Of a stretch of DNA of 64,000 bases, positions 52,864-61,227 are shown piece by piece. Source of the DNA: an uncultured delta proteobacterium (lineage in GTDB: Bacteria; Desulfobacterota; Binatia; DP-6); the NCBI GenBank assembly GCA_963815115.1, contig CAWFFN010000005.1, positions 1,184,001-1,248,000 of the forward strand. The letters are read 5' to 3'. The translations under genes and the position numbers were made by a program. A model generated the notes under the pieces. The model had not been told where the DNA came from. It did not search any database and saw only the letters and a program-made list of their open reading frames with translations. Position 1 is the stretch's first letter, and each line of letters opens with the position of its first letter.

Positions 52864-53412
52864 CTACTCGCCTAGCGGGCGGTCGCGCAGCCCGCCGACA
52901 ATCTCATCGGCGATGGCGAGGAGGTTCGCCAGTTCCGCCTCACGGCGCTCCGGTCGAACGGAACGCTGCACGACGTCGACGGCAGCGTCGAGCAGCGCCT
53001 CGACCGCCTGCACAGCCATGGTCCGGGCAGCCAGGACGAACCGCGGGCGCCCATATCTCAGCGGAAAAGCGCGTTCGAGCAGCCAGGCTGACCCGCGCCA
53101 GTTCTCGGGCTTAGCCTTTGCGGCCGCGCTGATTCGGAGCAGGCACTCCGCTTCGAAATCAGCCTGAGCCCTTTTTATAGCATCGGCAAATTCGGCAAAC
53201 GGCCTCGTCGGCGACCTATCGGGATCGCGGCCGCCGCCCCTGGCAACCCACTCGCACACCAGCGACGGCGGAAGACCGCAGCACCGAGCGGCTGTGCTCA
53301 GGAAGCCGACCTGGCGCACGATGGCGACGAGCCGGTCCTGCAACTCGGGAGTGAGCTTCGTCGGGCGGCCCCGGCCTCGCTGCGGCGGCCCCCCTCGGCC
53401 ATGTCGGCTCAC
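52864..53412 (-). CDS. phage terminase small subunit-like HTH protein
   Basis: GRPTKLTPEL..AARCCGL..EW..FADAIKRAQA..WRGSAWLLER..YGR. Confidence 0.65.
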   Translation of the reverse strand: MSRHGRGGPPQRGRGRPTKLTPELQDRLVAIVRQVGFLSTAARCCGLPPSLVCEWVARGGGRDPDRSPTRPFAEFADAIKRAQADFEAECLLRISAAAKAKPENWRGSAWLLERAFPLRYGRPRFVLAARTMAVQAVEALLDAAVDVVQRSVRPERREAELANLLAIADEIVGGLRDRPLGE

Positions 53413-53700
53413 GGAGATGGTGGTGTCGACGTGGTGCTCGGCTCCTCCCGCACCTAGCGGGGTCACCAGCGCAGGGAGGGTGGACACGGCGGGAGCATAC
53501 CATCGATTCACACAGGCCGCGTTCTCATGCGGGCGCGTGGGGTCTGGGCTCCGATCACCGTACGCGAATGCCGCACCGGACGATGAATTCTTCAGCGCGT
53601 TCGCAGAATCCTCTTGAAAACGGTCTCCCCGGGCTGATATCCGGCGGAGAGCGACGGACGTCACCGCGCGCGAGTACGCGCATCGAAGGGGGCCACAGAG

Positions 53701-54798
53701 ATGAAAAAGCTGGCTCGTCTGCTTCTGGTGAGCGCGTGTGTCGTGGGCCTCGCCGCGATCGCGGCCTACGCCGTCGATCAGACGATCCTCGGCAAGTCGT
53801 TCTTCGTGAAGGCAAAGCCCGGCAGTCCCACGAAAGTCGAGGCCAGTGCCGTCGAGAAGAACACCAATGACACCTTGGTGGGCGATCCCACCGCGGGCAG
53901 CGCGGGAGGGGCCGTCCTGCAGATCGTCGTGAACGGCGGCACGCCGTCCAGTCAGAGCTTCGTTCTCAACCAGGGAACCAACGGCAAGGGCAAGCCGTTC
54001 TGGTCGGGCGACGCGGTCAAGGGCTTCAAGTACAGCGACAGCAAGGGCCAGCAGAGCGCCGTGCAGTCGCTCCGCATCTCGCTGAAGAAGGGGACATTCA
54101 AGATCAAGGCCTCGATCAGCGGCAAGAACGGGCCCGTCTCGATCGTGCCGCCGAACCCTGGCACCAGCGCGTGCGTGGCCGTGCAGCTCGGGACGTCCGG
54201 CGACCGCTACAGCGTCCAGTTCGGGCCCGAGAGCAACAAGATCACGAACAAGGACGGCACGCTCTTCAAGGCGACCAAGCCGCTGAACGAGGGAGTGTGC
54301 CCGTCCGGGCCGACGACGACCACCACGTCGACGACCAGCACGACCACCACGACGGCGCCCACCACGACGACGACCACAACCTCAACGACAACCACCACCA
54401 CGACCACAACCAGCACGACAACCACCACCACGACGACGACCACAACCACCACGACGCTGGCCTGCCCCCCGGGCAAGTGCGACGACGGCCTGCGGTGTAC
54501 CACCGACACCTGCGACCCGTCGACGGGCGTCTGCAGCAACGTGTTCAACCCTGCCAACTGCGGCCAAATCCCCGTCTGTGCGCGTGCACTATGCGGTCCC
54601 GGCCAAGACTGCACAGTGGTGTTCAATGACAACCTGTGCCCCCCCTCCACGGTTTCGTGCCTGGTTCCCCAATGCACGGCGACCGGGTGCGGTTTTCGAG
54701 ACATCTGCCCCGGCGGCTCGGACCCCCAGTGTAACGGGTGCGCGGAATGCTCCTGCAATGGGGCGCTCAACAAGTGCGTCCCGACCTGCCCGTCGTAG
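53701..54798 (+). CDS. secreted protein with Thr-rich linker and Cys-rich C-terminal domain
   Basis: Signal peptide, ~50-aa poly-Thr tract, CDDGLRCTTDTCDP repeat. Confidence 0.85.
   Translation: MKKLARLLLVSACVVGLAAIAAYAVDQTILGKSFFVKAKPGSPTKVEASAVEKNTNDTLVGDPTAGSAGGAVLQIVVNGGTPSSQSFVLNQGTNGKGKPFWSGDAVKGFKYSDSKGQQSAVQSLRISLKKGTFKIKASISGKNGPVSIVPPNPGTSACVAVQLGTSGDRYSVQFGPESNKITNKDGTLFKATKPLNEGVCPSGPTTTTTSTTSTTTTTAPTTTTTTTSTTTTTTTTTSTTTTTTTTTTTTTTLACPPGKCDDGLRCTTDTCDPSTGVCSNVFNPANCGQIPVCARALCGPGQDCTVVFNDNLCPPSTVSCLVPQCTATGCGFRDICPGGSDPQCNGCAECSCNGALNKCVPTCPS
54312..54457 (+). repeat. ACN codon low-complexity tract (poly-Thr)
   Basis: Mixed acc/acg/aca runs within the CDS. Confidence 0.9.
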
Positions 54799-54932
54799 CC
54801 GCACCGTCGATGGTTGTACTTCGCCCGCGCGCTCGCGGCGTTCAGCGACGTGTGCCGCGCGCTCAACGCCGTGCTCGCCGCATGAACTGCTCCTCAAAGC
54901 TCTCCGGCGGTCTCGGATGGGGAGAGGTCTGA

Positions 54933-54954
54933 CCTGGGGCGGTTCTGGGGCGGT
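54933..54954 (+). repeat. putative arm-type sites matching 18699-18720
   Basis: CCTGGGGCGGTTCTGGGGCGGT. Confidence 0.7.
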
Positions 54955-55060
54955 CGCAGGGTGCGCGACCGTCCGCGACCATCTGCGGGGCAGGAGTGGA
55001 GCCCTCGAATTCTTGAACACTTGCGTACGGTCGAGGACACTGCGGTTCCCGATGGACCGC

Positions 55061-55102
55061 ATGGCATTCAAGAGGTCGGGAGTTCGACTCTCCTCGGCTC
55101 CA
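55061..55102 (+). repeat. att core copy 3 (tRNA-Ala 3' 42 bp)
   Basis: Identical to 18583-18624. Confidence 0.96.
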
Positions 55103-55140
55103 CTTTTTCGTCTCGCCATGAGGTGCTACTAGCTGGAGCC

Positions 55141-55350
55141 ATGAGGCTTCCCGTCACTTTGGAGCGCGACGAGACTGGCATGATCGTCGCGGAGTGCCCG
55201 GCAATCCCCGGTTGCGTCAGTCAGGGCAACACCGAAGAGGAGGCACTCGCCAACATCCGGGACGCCATCGTCGGTTGCCTGGAGGTTCGCGCCGAGCAGG
55301 GCCTACCCCTCACGGTTCGGACGGTCGAGGTGGACGTAGCCGTTGGCTGA
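55141..55350 (+). CDS. hicB: HicB family antitoxin (short form)
   Basis: AECPAIPGCVSQGNTEEEALANIRDAI. Confidence 0.92.
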   Translation: MRLPVTLERDETGMIVAECPAIPGCVSQGNTEEEALANIRDAIVGCLEVRAEQGLPLTVRTVEVDVAVG

Positions 55351-55567
55351 ACTGCCGGTCGTCTCCGGCCGTGAAGCTCGCCAGGCGTTCGAGCGCCTCG
55401 GTTGGGTCTTCCGCCGTCAGACCGGGAGTCACATGATCCTGACGAGGCCTGGCAGCATCGTGTCGCTGTCGATTCCCGACCACCGAGAGCTGGCACCGGG
55501 CACGCTGAGGAAGCTCATTCGCCTGTCCGGACTGACGGTGGACGAGTTCCTGCAGGCGCTTCGCTGA
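55343..55567 (+). CDS. hicA: HicA family toxin
   Basis: LPVVSGRE..LGW..RQTGSHMIL..IPDHREL..GTLRKLIR..GLTVDEF. Confidence 0.92.
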   Translation: MAELPVVSGREARQAFERLGWVFRRQTGSHMILTRPGSIVSLSIPDHRELAPGTLRKLIRLSGLTVDEFLQALR

Positions 55568-55730
55568 CCCTGTAGCGGGGGATGCCCCGTTCCGGTGGGC
55601 AGTGTGCGGGTATTGCGCGGGACGGACCGTCCGCGACGGTGCGCGATGAGGCTCCGGGGCGCCCGGCGGAGCCAGATTTCGCGCGCGGTTGCGCATTGTC
55701 GCGCACCGTCCGTACACCCCCATCCTCCGC

Positions 55731-55772
55731 ATGGCATTCAAGAGGTCGGGAGTTCGACTCTCCTCGGCTGCA
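55731..55772 (+). repeat. att core copy 4 (outermost attR, 1 mismatch)
   Basis: 41/42 identical; C>G at 55770. Confidence 0.94.
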
Positions 55773-56065
55773 CTTTTTCCGCACCGCCGGTTCTCTACCG
55801 TCGGTGACCTGCGAGCCGACCACGCGACGGTCAGCCGCTCTTCGGCAGCGGCCGCAGCCTCACCCGGTCGTCGGTGATCACCGCGAAGTGGCCGGCCCAG
55901 CCGTTCGCGTCCGACGAGCGCCTCGACGACGCGCGCGTTGTCGAGTTGGGCTCGGTCCACTGAGCCGCGACGACAGTCGGAGCGTGCGGCGGACATTGAC
56001 GACATCGTGCTCGACGTCCGCGCCGAGTTCGACGAGCTGCAGCGGGCCGCCTCCTCCTGAGCCGT

Positions 56066-56400
56066 TCAGTCATCGATCTTCGAGAAGACCCAGAGGCGCT
56101 TGCGTGCGAAATGCCCGATCACGCATCGGTTCAGCTCCGGGAACATGCGCTTGAGCCACCACGCGACCCGCATGTCGGCGTGGGGGAGACAGAAGAGCCG
56201 CCGCTTCTCCACGCACGCGACGACGTGCGCCGAAGTGGACGCCTCTCCCGCTGCTTGCCGCGGATGCCGGTGAGCATACGGCACTGACCGCCGGCCTGCG
56301 CCGGCTTCTCGTCGCTCAGGATGTCGGACTGGAATATCCCGGGGACGACGACCGTGACGCCCACGGGGCTCGTGTCGGCAGCGGAGCTCGCACTTGTCCG
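56066..56400 (-). pseudogene. possible SDR oxidoreductase C-terminal remnant
   Basis: VGVTVVVPGIFQSDIL..VVACVEKRRLFCLPHADMRVAWWLKRMFP across a frameshift. Confidence 0.4.
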
Positions 56401-56488
56401 GCGGGACTCGGGAACGTACACGGCTGGTATGCGTCGTGCCCGGTCGGTACGATCGCGACGACGCTGCGTCAATCAACCGGGAGCCACC

Positions 56489-58132
56489 ATGCACTACGCC
56501 AGCATCATCGAAGCCATCGCCGATCGGCTTCCCGAGTCGGAGGCGCTGGTGCACCACGGCTCGATCCGCCACAGCTGGGCGGCGTACGACCAGCGCGCCG
56601 CGCGCCTGGCGAGCGCCCTCGGGGCCGCCGGCCTCCGACCGGGCGCGACGCTGGCGTTGTTTCTCTACAACTGCCCGGAATACCTGGAGGCACAGCTCGC
56701 CGCACTGAAACAGCGGATGACGCCCATCAACGTCAACTACCGCTACGTCGACGCGGAGGTGCAGTACCTGCTCGAGAACTCGGACAGCGAGGCGCTGGTG
56801 TTCCACGGATCGCTGGGAGAGACGATCGCGCGCGTCGTGCCGCGGATGCCGAGACTCCGGCTGCTGCTCCAGGTGAACGACCGGGCTCCCCTCATCCCCG
56901 GGGCCGTGGCCTACGAGGACGCGCTGGCCGCGCACGCGCCCGCGCCGCGCATCGAACGGCGGCCCGACGACCTGTTCATGATGTACACGGGCGGCACCAC
57001 CGGAATGCCGAAGGGCGTCATGTACGACGCGGGCGACATCAGCGCCGCCTTCGCCAACCTCTATCCGCAGGTGCTGCTCGGGCGCCCGCCCGTCTCCAGC
57101 GACGCGGAGGTGGCGGAGTTCGTGGCCGGTCTCCACGCGGCCGGACAGGCGATGACCTTCCTGCCAGCGTCGCCGCTGATGCACACCGCCGGCCTGTTCC
57201 AGAGCATGGCGATGCAGCTGCTCGGGGCGAAGATCGTCACGCTTCCGCAGCGGAGCTTCGACGCGGACGCGCTCTGGCAGGCGGTGCAGGAGGAGCGGGT
57301 CACCGGCATGGTGATCGTCGGCGACGCGTTTGCGCGCCCGATGATCGAGGCGCTCCGGGCAGCACGGGCGAAGGGCACGCCGTACGACGTGTCGTCGCTC
57401 CGGCTGGTCCTTTCGTCGGGTGTGATGTGGTCGGCCGAGTTGAAGAAGGCCCTGCTCGAGTTCGGGGACTTCACGCTGATCGACGGTATTGGCGCCACCG
57501 AAGGCGCGATGGGCTATCAGATCACCCGGCGTGGCATGGACGCCGCGACGGGGACGTTCATGAAGGCCGCCGACACCAGGCTGTTCACCGAGGACGGTTG
57601 CGAGATCGCGCCCGGGTCGGGCGAAGCCGGCCTGATCGCCGCCGGCGGCATCCTCGTGCCCCGCGGCTACTACAAGGATCCCGAGAAGTCGGCGAAGACG
57701 TTCCGCGTCGTGGCCGGCAAGCGGTACGCGTTCACGGGTGACTGGGGCAAGCTCACCGCGGACGGGTCGCTCGTCCTGCTCGGGCGCGGCTCCAGCTGCA
57801 TCAACACCGCGGGCGAGAAGGTCTTCCCGGAAGAGGTCGAGGAGATCCTGAAGACGCACCCGCAGGTCGAGGACGCCCTCGTCGTGGGCATCCCGGACGA
57901 GCGCTTCGGGCAGCGCATCGCCGCCGTGGTGGCCACGCGCGTCCGCGCCGACGAGCTTGCCCGCGAGCTGACCGCGTTCTGCAAGGACCGGATGGCGGGC
58001 TACAAGCGCCCGCGGCTGTTCGTCCGGGTCGATGCGATCTCACGCCTGGTCAACGGCAAGCCCGACTACGCGTGGGCACGGGAGCGGCTATTGGAAGCGG
58101 CTGCCGCGGAGGCGGTAGCCGGCGCGCCATAG
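56489..58132 (+). CDS. acyl-CoA synthetase (FadD19-like)
   Basis: YTGGTTGMPKG, PLMH, GRGSSCINTAGEKVFPEEVE, YKRPR, GKPDY. Confidence 0.92.
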   Translation: MHYASIIEAIADRLPESEALVHHGSIRHSWAAYDQRAARLASALGAAGLRPGATLALFLYNCPEYLEAQLAALKQRMTPINVNYRYVDAEVQYLLENSDSEALVFHGSLGETIARVVPRMPRLRLLLQVNDRAPLIPGAVAYEDALAAHAPAPRIERRPDDLFMMYTGGTTGMPKGVMYDAGDISAAFANLYPQVLLGRPPVSSDAEVAEFVAGLHAAGQAMTFLPASPLMHTAGLFQSMAMQLLGAKIVTLPQRSFDADALWQAVQEERVTGMVIVGDAFARPMIEALRAARAKGTPYDVSSLRLVLSSGVMWSAELKKALLEFGDFTLIDGIGATEGAMGYQITRRGMDAATGTFMKAADTRLFTEDGCEIAPGSGEAGLIAAGGILVPRGYYKDPEKSAKTFRVVAGKRYAFTGDWGKLTADGSLVLLGRGSSCINTAGEKVFPEEVEEILKTHPQVEDALVVGIPDERFGQRIAAVVATRVRADELARELTAFCKDRMAGYKRPRLFVRVDAISRLVNGKPDYAWARERLLEAAAAEAVAGAP

Positions 58133-58197
58133 GCTGGCCGTGACGGCGAGGCGAACGCCCGCGCGTTTGCGACATGGCTCTCATGAGATGTGCAGCC

Positions 58198-59571
58198 CTA
58201 CGCGACCGCCGCCCGCAGGTCGGCGAATGCCGCCTCGATGCAGCGCGCCAGGGCGGGTGCGTCGGGCACCGCCTCGCGTGTCGCCCCGATGCTGAACCAG
58301 AGTTTGTCGTCGTAGCTGAGCAACGTCACGTTCAGGCCCGCCCCCGGCGGCACGATGGGCGTCCCGACGAATCCCACGAGCCGTGCGCCGCCCAGGTAGA
58401 GCGTGCGCGGCGGCCCCGACATGTTCGAGACGATGAGGTTGTAACTCGGCACGGCGCCCCCGAGGGCGGGCAGCAGATCCAGCACGGTCTGGGTGACGAA
58501 GACTCCCACGGTGAGCGCTTGCAACAAGGGCCGCGGCGTCCGCCGCGCCGCGTCCTTGAACTCGCGCATCGTGCGGGCGATGCCCTGAAGACGGCGGCGA
58601 GGGGTCGCACGGTTCTCACCCAGACGAACCGGCAACGCGGCCGCGACGTTGCCTCCGCTCGTGTCGCCCTCGTCCCGCAGCGAGATCGCCACGAGGGCGA
58701 CGAGCGGCGCGGACGCTGGCTTCCCCAACTGCGCGAGATAGCGGTTCGCGCCGTCGTCGACGATCGAGAGCACCACGTCGTTGACCGTGGCGCCGAGCGC
58801 CCGACCCGCGGCCTTCACCCGCCGGAGCGGGAGGGCGAATCCCGCGTAGCTGCGGGCGGACGAGCGCACGGTGTTGTTGAGTGCGTTCGGTGTCGCCCAC
58901 AGGCGGACCGGATCGGAGGCGCCGAGGGCCCCGCGCCCCATGGCGAGCACCGCGTTGGCGGTTCCAGCCAGCGCTGAGAGCATGCCGGTGAACGGAGCGA
59001 GCGAGGCCCCGGACGCCGATGTGTCCACGCGATCGCTCCGCTTCCCCAACGAGCCTCGATCCTGGCGCGGCGGCTGCCCCCACATGGGGTGGATGTGGTC
59101 GTCGTGCGGCAGCTCGGAGTGGGACTCGCGCAGCAGGCGCATGGTCGCCATGCCGTCGAGCAGGGCGTGGTGCACCTTGATCATGATGGCCACGCGCCCG
59201 CCCTTGAGCCCGTCGATGACGTAGCACTCCCAGAGCGGAAGGTTCCGGTCCAGCAGCGGCGCGTACAGCATCCCCACCACCTCGAACAGCTGGTGGAGCG
59301 ACCCCGGTGCGGGCAGGGCCACGTGCCGCACGTGGTGCGAGAGATCGGGCTCCACGATCTCCCACGCCGGGAGTCCGTGCCGGATCCAGGTCGGGCGGCG
59401 CTCGAACGGGGGGTGCACCGCCGCGGCGCGGAAGGCGCGCAGCACCTTCTGCCCGAAACCGCCTCCTTCGCGCTGCGGCGGGTCGTAGATCCCGACGCCG
59501 GACATGGTGGCGGCCCGTTCCGGCGTCTCGATCGACAGGAACAGAAGCGCGATCGGGTCGATCGGAATCAC
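58198..59571 (-). CDS. wax ester synthase/DGAT
   Basis: LDRNLPLWE, KVHHALLDG, GATVNDV, NLIVSN. Confidence 0.92.
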   Translation of the reverse strand: MIPIDPIALLFLSIETPERAATMSGVGIYDPPQREGGGFGQKVLRAFRAAAVHPPFERRPTWIRHGLPAWEIVEPDLSHHVRHVALPAPGSLHQLFEVVGMLYAPLLDRNLPLWECYVIDGLKGGRVAIMIKVHHALLDGMATMRLLRESHSELPHDDHIHPMWGQPPRQDRGSLGKRSDRVDTSASGASLAPFTGMLSALAGTANAVLAMGRGALGASDPVRLWATPNALNNTVRSSARSYAGFALPLRRVKAAGRALGATVNDVVLSIVDDGANRYLAQLGKPASAPLVALVAISLRDEGDTSGGNVAAALPVRLGENRATPRRRLQGIARTMREFKDAARRTPRPLLQALTVGVFVTQTVLDLLPALGGAVPSYNLIVSNMSGPPRTLYLGGARLVGFVGTPIVPPGAGLNVTLLSYDDKLWFSIGATREAVPDAPALARCIEAAFADLRAAVA

Positions 59572-60980
59572 GGCACGGCTGCGACGGCGGCCACCCGGTC
59601 GCCTGCGAGCTCCACGAGCTCCTGGAGCGCTTCGCGGAAGTAGCCGAACAGGACCCAACCGTCCTTCGCGATGGCGCTGTCCGCCATGATGCAGAGGTTC
59701 ATGTTCCGATGGTAGCTCCACACCGTGATGTTGAGCGGGGTGCCATGGACGATCTGTCCCATCGAGAACCAGTTCTCGTAGCGGATCTTGTCCAGGAAGA
59801 GCAGTTCCCTCGGCCCCTGCACGTTCGAGAGCGCGACGTTCGCGAAGAGCGAGAACGTCCCGCGCTTTCGGCGGATGAACGCGTCGACCACGCGGCCGGC
59901 GACCGGCGGCATGGCATTGAACAGCGCGCCCAGGTCTCCGCCCCTGACCGCCTCCAAGTGCTGCTTCATCGCGGTTCCCGCCGCGCTCGCAGCCCGAAGC
60001 CGTGCGAGCGGATCCGCGACGTGCGTCGGAAGCCACAGAAAGTCGATCGTCGTGAAGTTGCCGACGGCCACCTTGTCGGCAGGACGCTCCAGCCCGACGG
60101 GGATCGCCGCCACGATCGGCCCGCGGTCGGCGTCGTAGCCGCAGTCGAAGAAGAACCGGCGGATCGCCGCCGCGCTGCAGGCGAGAAAGACGTCGTTGAT
60201 GGTGGCCCCGAGGGCGGAACGCACCGTGCGGAAGTCGTCGAGCGGCAGCGAATCGCAGACGAAGGTCCGCCCGTGGCTGAGCATGCGACTGAGCGGAGTC
60301 AGCGGCGCGTCCGTCTGCGTGGGCGGCAGCGGGCGGCCCGCCCGCCGGTACTCGGCGGTCACGGCGCGTCGCTTCCGCAGACCGGCCAGCGCGCGCGGCA
60401 CGTCGTGCAGGAAGACGCCGGGGAGATCCCGCAGCGCCCACAGGATGCTGCGGCCAGCGGAGGGCCAGGGCTTCGGATCCCAACGCGCCGCCTCGGCGTC
60501 GCCGGGCTCGTCGGGCCGGACGAATTCCTGCAGTGCGCGCGCCGCCCCGATGCCGTCGAAGTAGGCGTGGTGGACGATCATGACGCATGCGAATCGTCCC
60601 CCTTGCAGTCCCTCGACGATCCACATGATCCAGAGCGGGCGGCTGCGGTCGAGCGGCCACGCGTAGAGCGAGGAGACGAGCTCGCAGAGCGCCTTCTGGT
60701 CGCCCGGTGCCGGGCACACCACCCGACGGATGTGATAGTCGACGTGGAAGTCGGGGTCCTCGACCCACACAGGGTGGTGGAGCCCGAGCGGGGTGGGGAC
60801 GTACCGCCAGCGCAGCGGGGGCACGCGATAGAGGCGCTCCGCGAACAGGCGCTTGATCCACTCGTACGACGCGGCGCGCGGCTCCGCCGACGGATCGACG
60901 ATCGCGATCTTCAGCGTGTGCTGATACTGCCGCGGGCCGTCCAGATAGAGCAACATCGCGTCGGTGCCGCTCAGACGCAT
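59568..60980 (-). CDS. wax ester synthase/DGAT
   Basis: RLSGTDA, LDRSRPLW, HHAYFDG, GATINDV, SNVQGP. Confidence 0.92.
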   Translation of the reverse strand: MRLSGTDAMLLYLDGPRQYQHTLKIAIVDPSAEPRAASYEWIKRLFAERLYRVPPLRWRYVPTPLGLHHPVWVEDPDFHVDYHIRRVVCPAPGDQKALCELVSSLYAWPLDRSRPLWIMWIVEGLQGGRFACVMIVHHAYFDGIGAARALQEFVRPDEPGDAEAARWDPKPWPSAGRSILWALRDLPGVFLHDVPRALAGLRKRRAVTAEYRRAGRPLPPTQTDAPLTPLSRMLSHGRTFVCDSLPLDDFRTVRSALGATINDVFLACSAAAIRRFFFDCGYDADRGPIVAAIPVGLERPADKVAVGNFTTIDFLWLPTHVADPLARLRAASAAGTAMKQHLEAVRGGDLGALFNAMPPVAGRVVDAFIRRKRGTFSLFANVALSNVQGPRELLFLDKIRYENWFSMGQIVHGTPLNITVWSYHRNMNLCIMADSAIAKDGWVLFGYFREALQELVELAGDRVAAVAAVP

Positions 60981-61227
60981 CGAGCCCCTCCGTCACGGGC
61001 GTGCAGCCGCCGGTTCACGAGCCCCACTGTCCGCTTAGTCTCCTATCAGGAAGGCGTCAAGGAAGACCTCGTCGGTTTGTCGATTCGGGCTCCGTACGCC
61101 GTTTCTCGCGCCAGGCGCTCTGCTTCCTGCCCCAATCCCGACCCCCGCGCGGCGGGTTGGTGCGATGTTGCTCTGCTGGATATCGGCGACGGTGCACATC
61201 GTGGTAGGAGCAGCCAGAGGGATACGG

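Noticed and set aside
54312-54457. Possible CRISPR or tandem repeat array
   Set aside because: In-frame Thr codons inside a CDS; no repeat-spacer structure and no cas genes in the window.
42620-55772. Additional functional tRNA-Ala genes
   Set aside because: The copies lack the 5' acceptor strand and D arm; they are att duplications.
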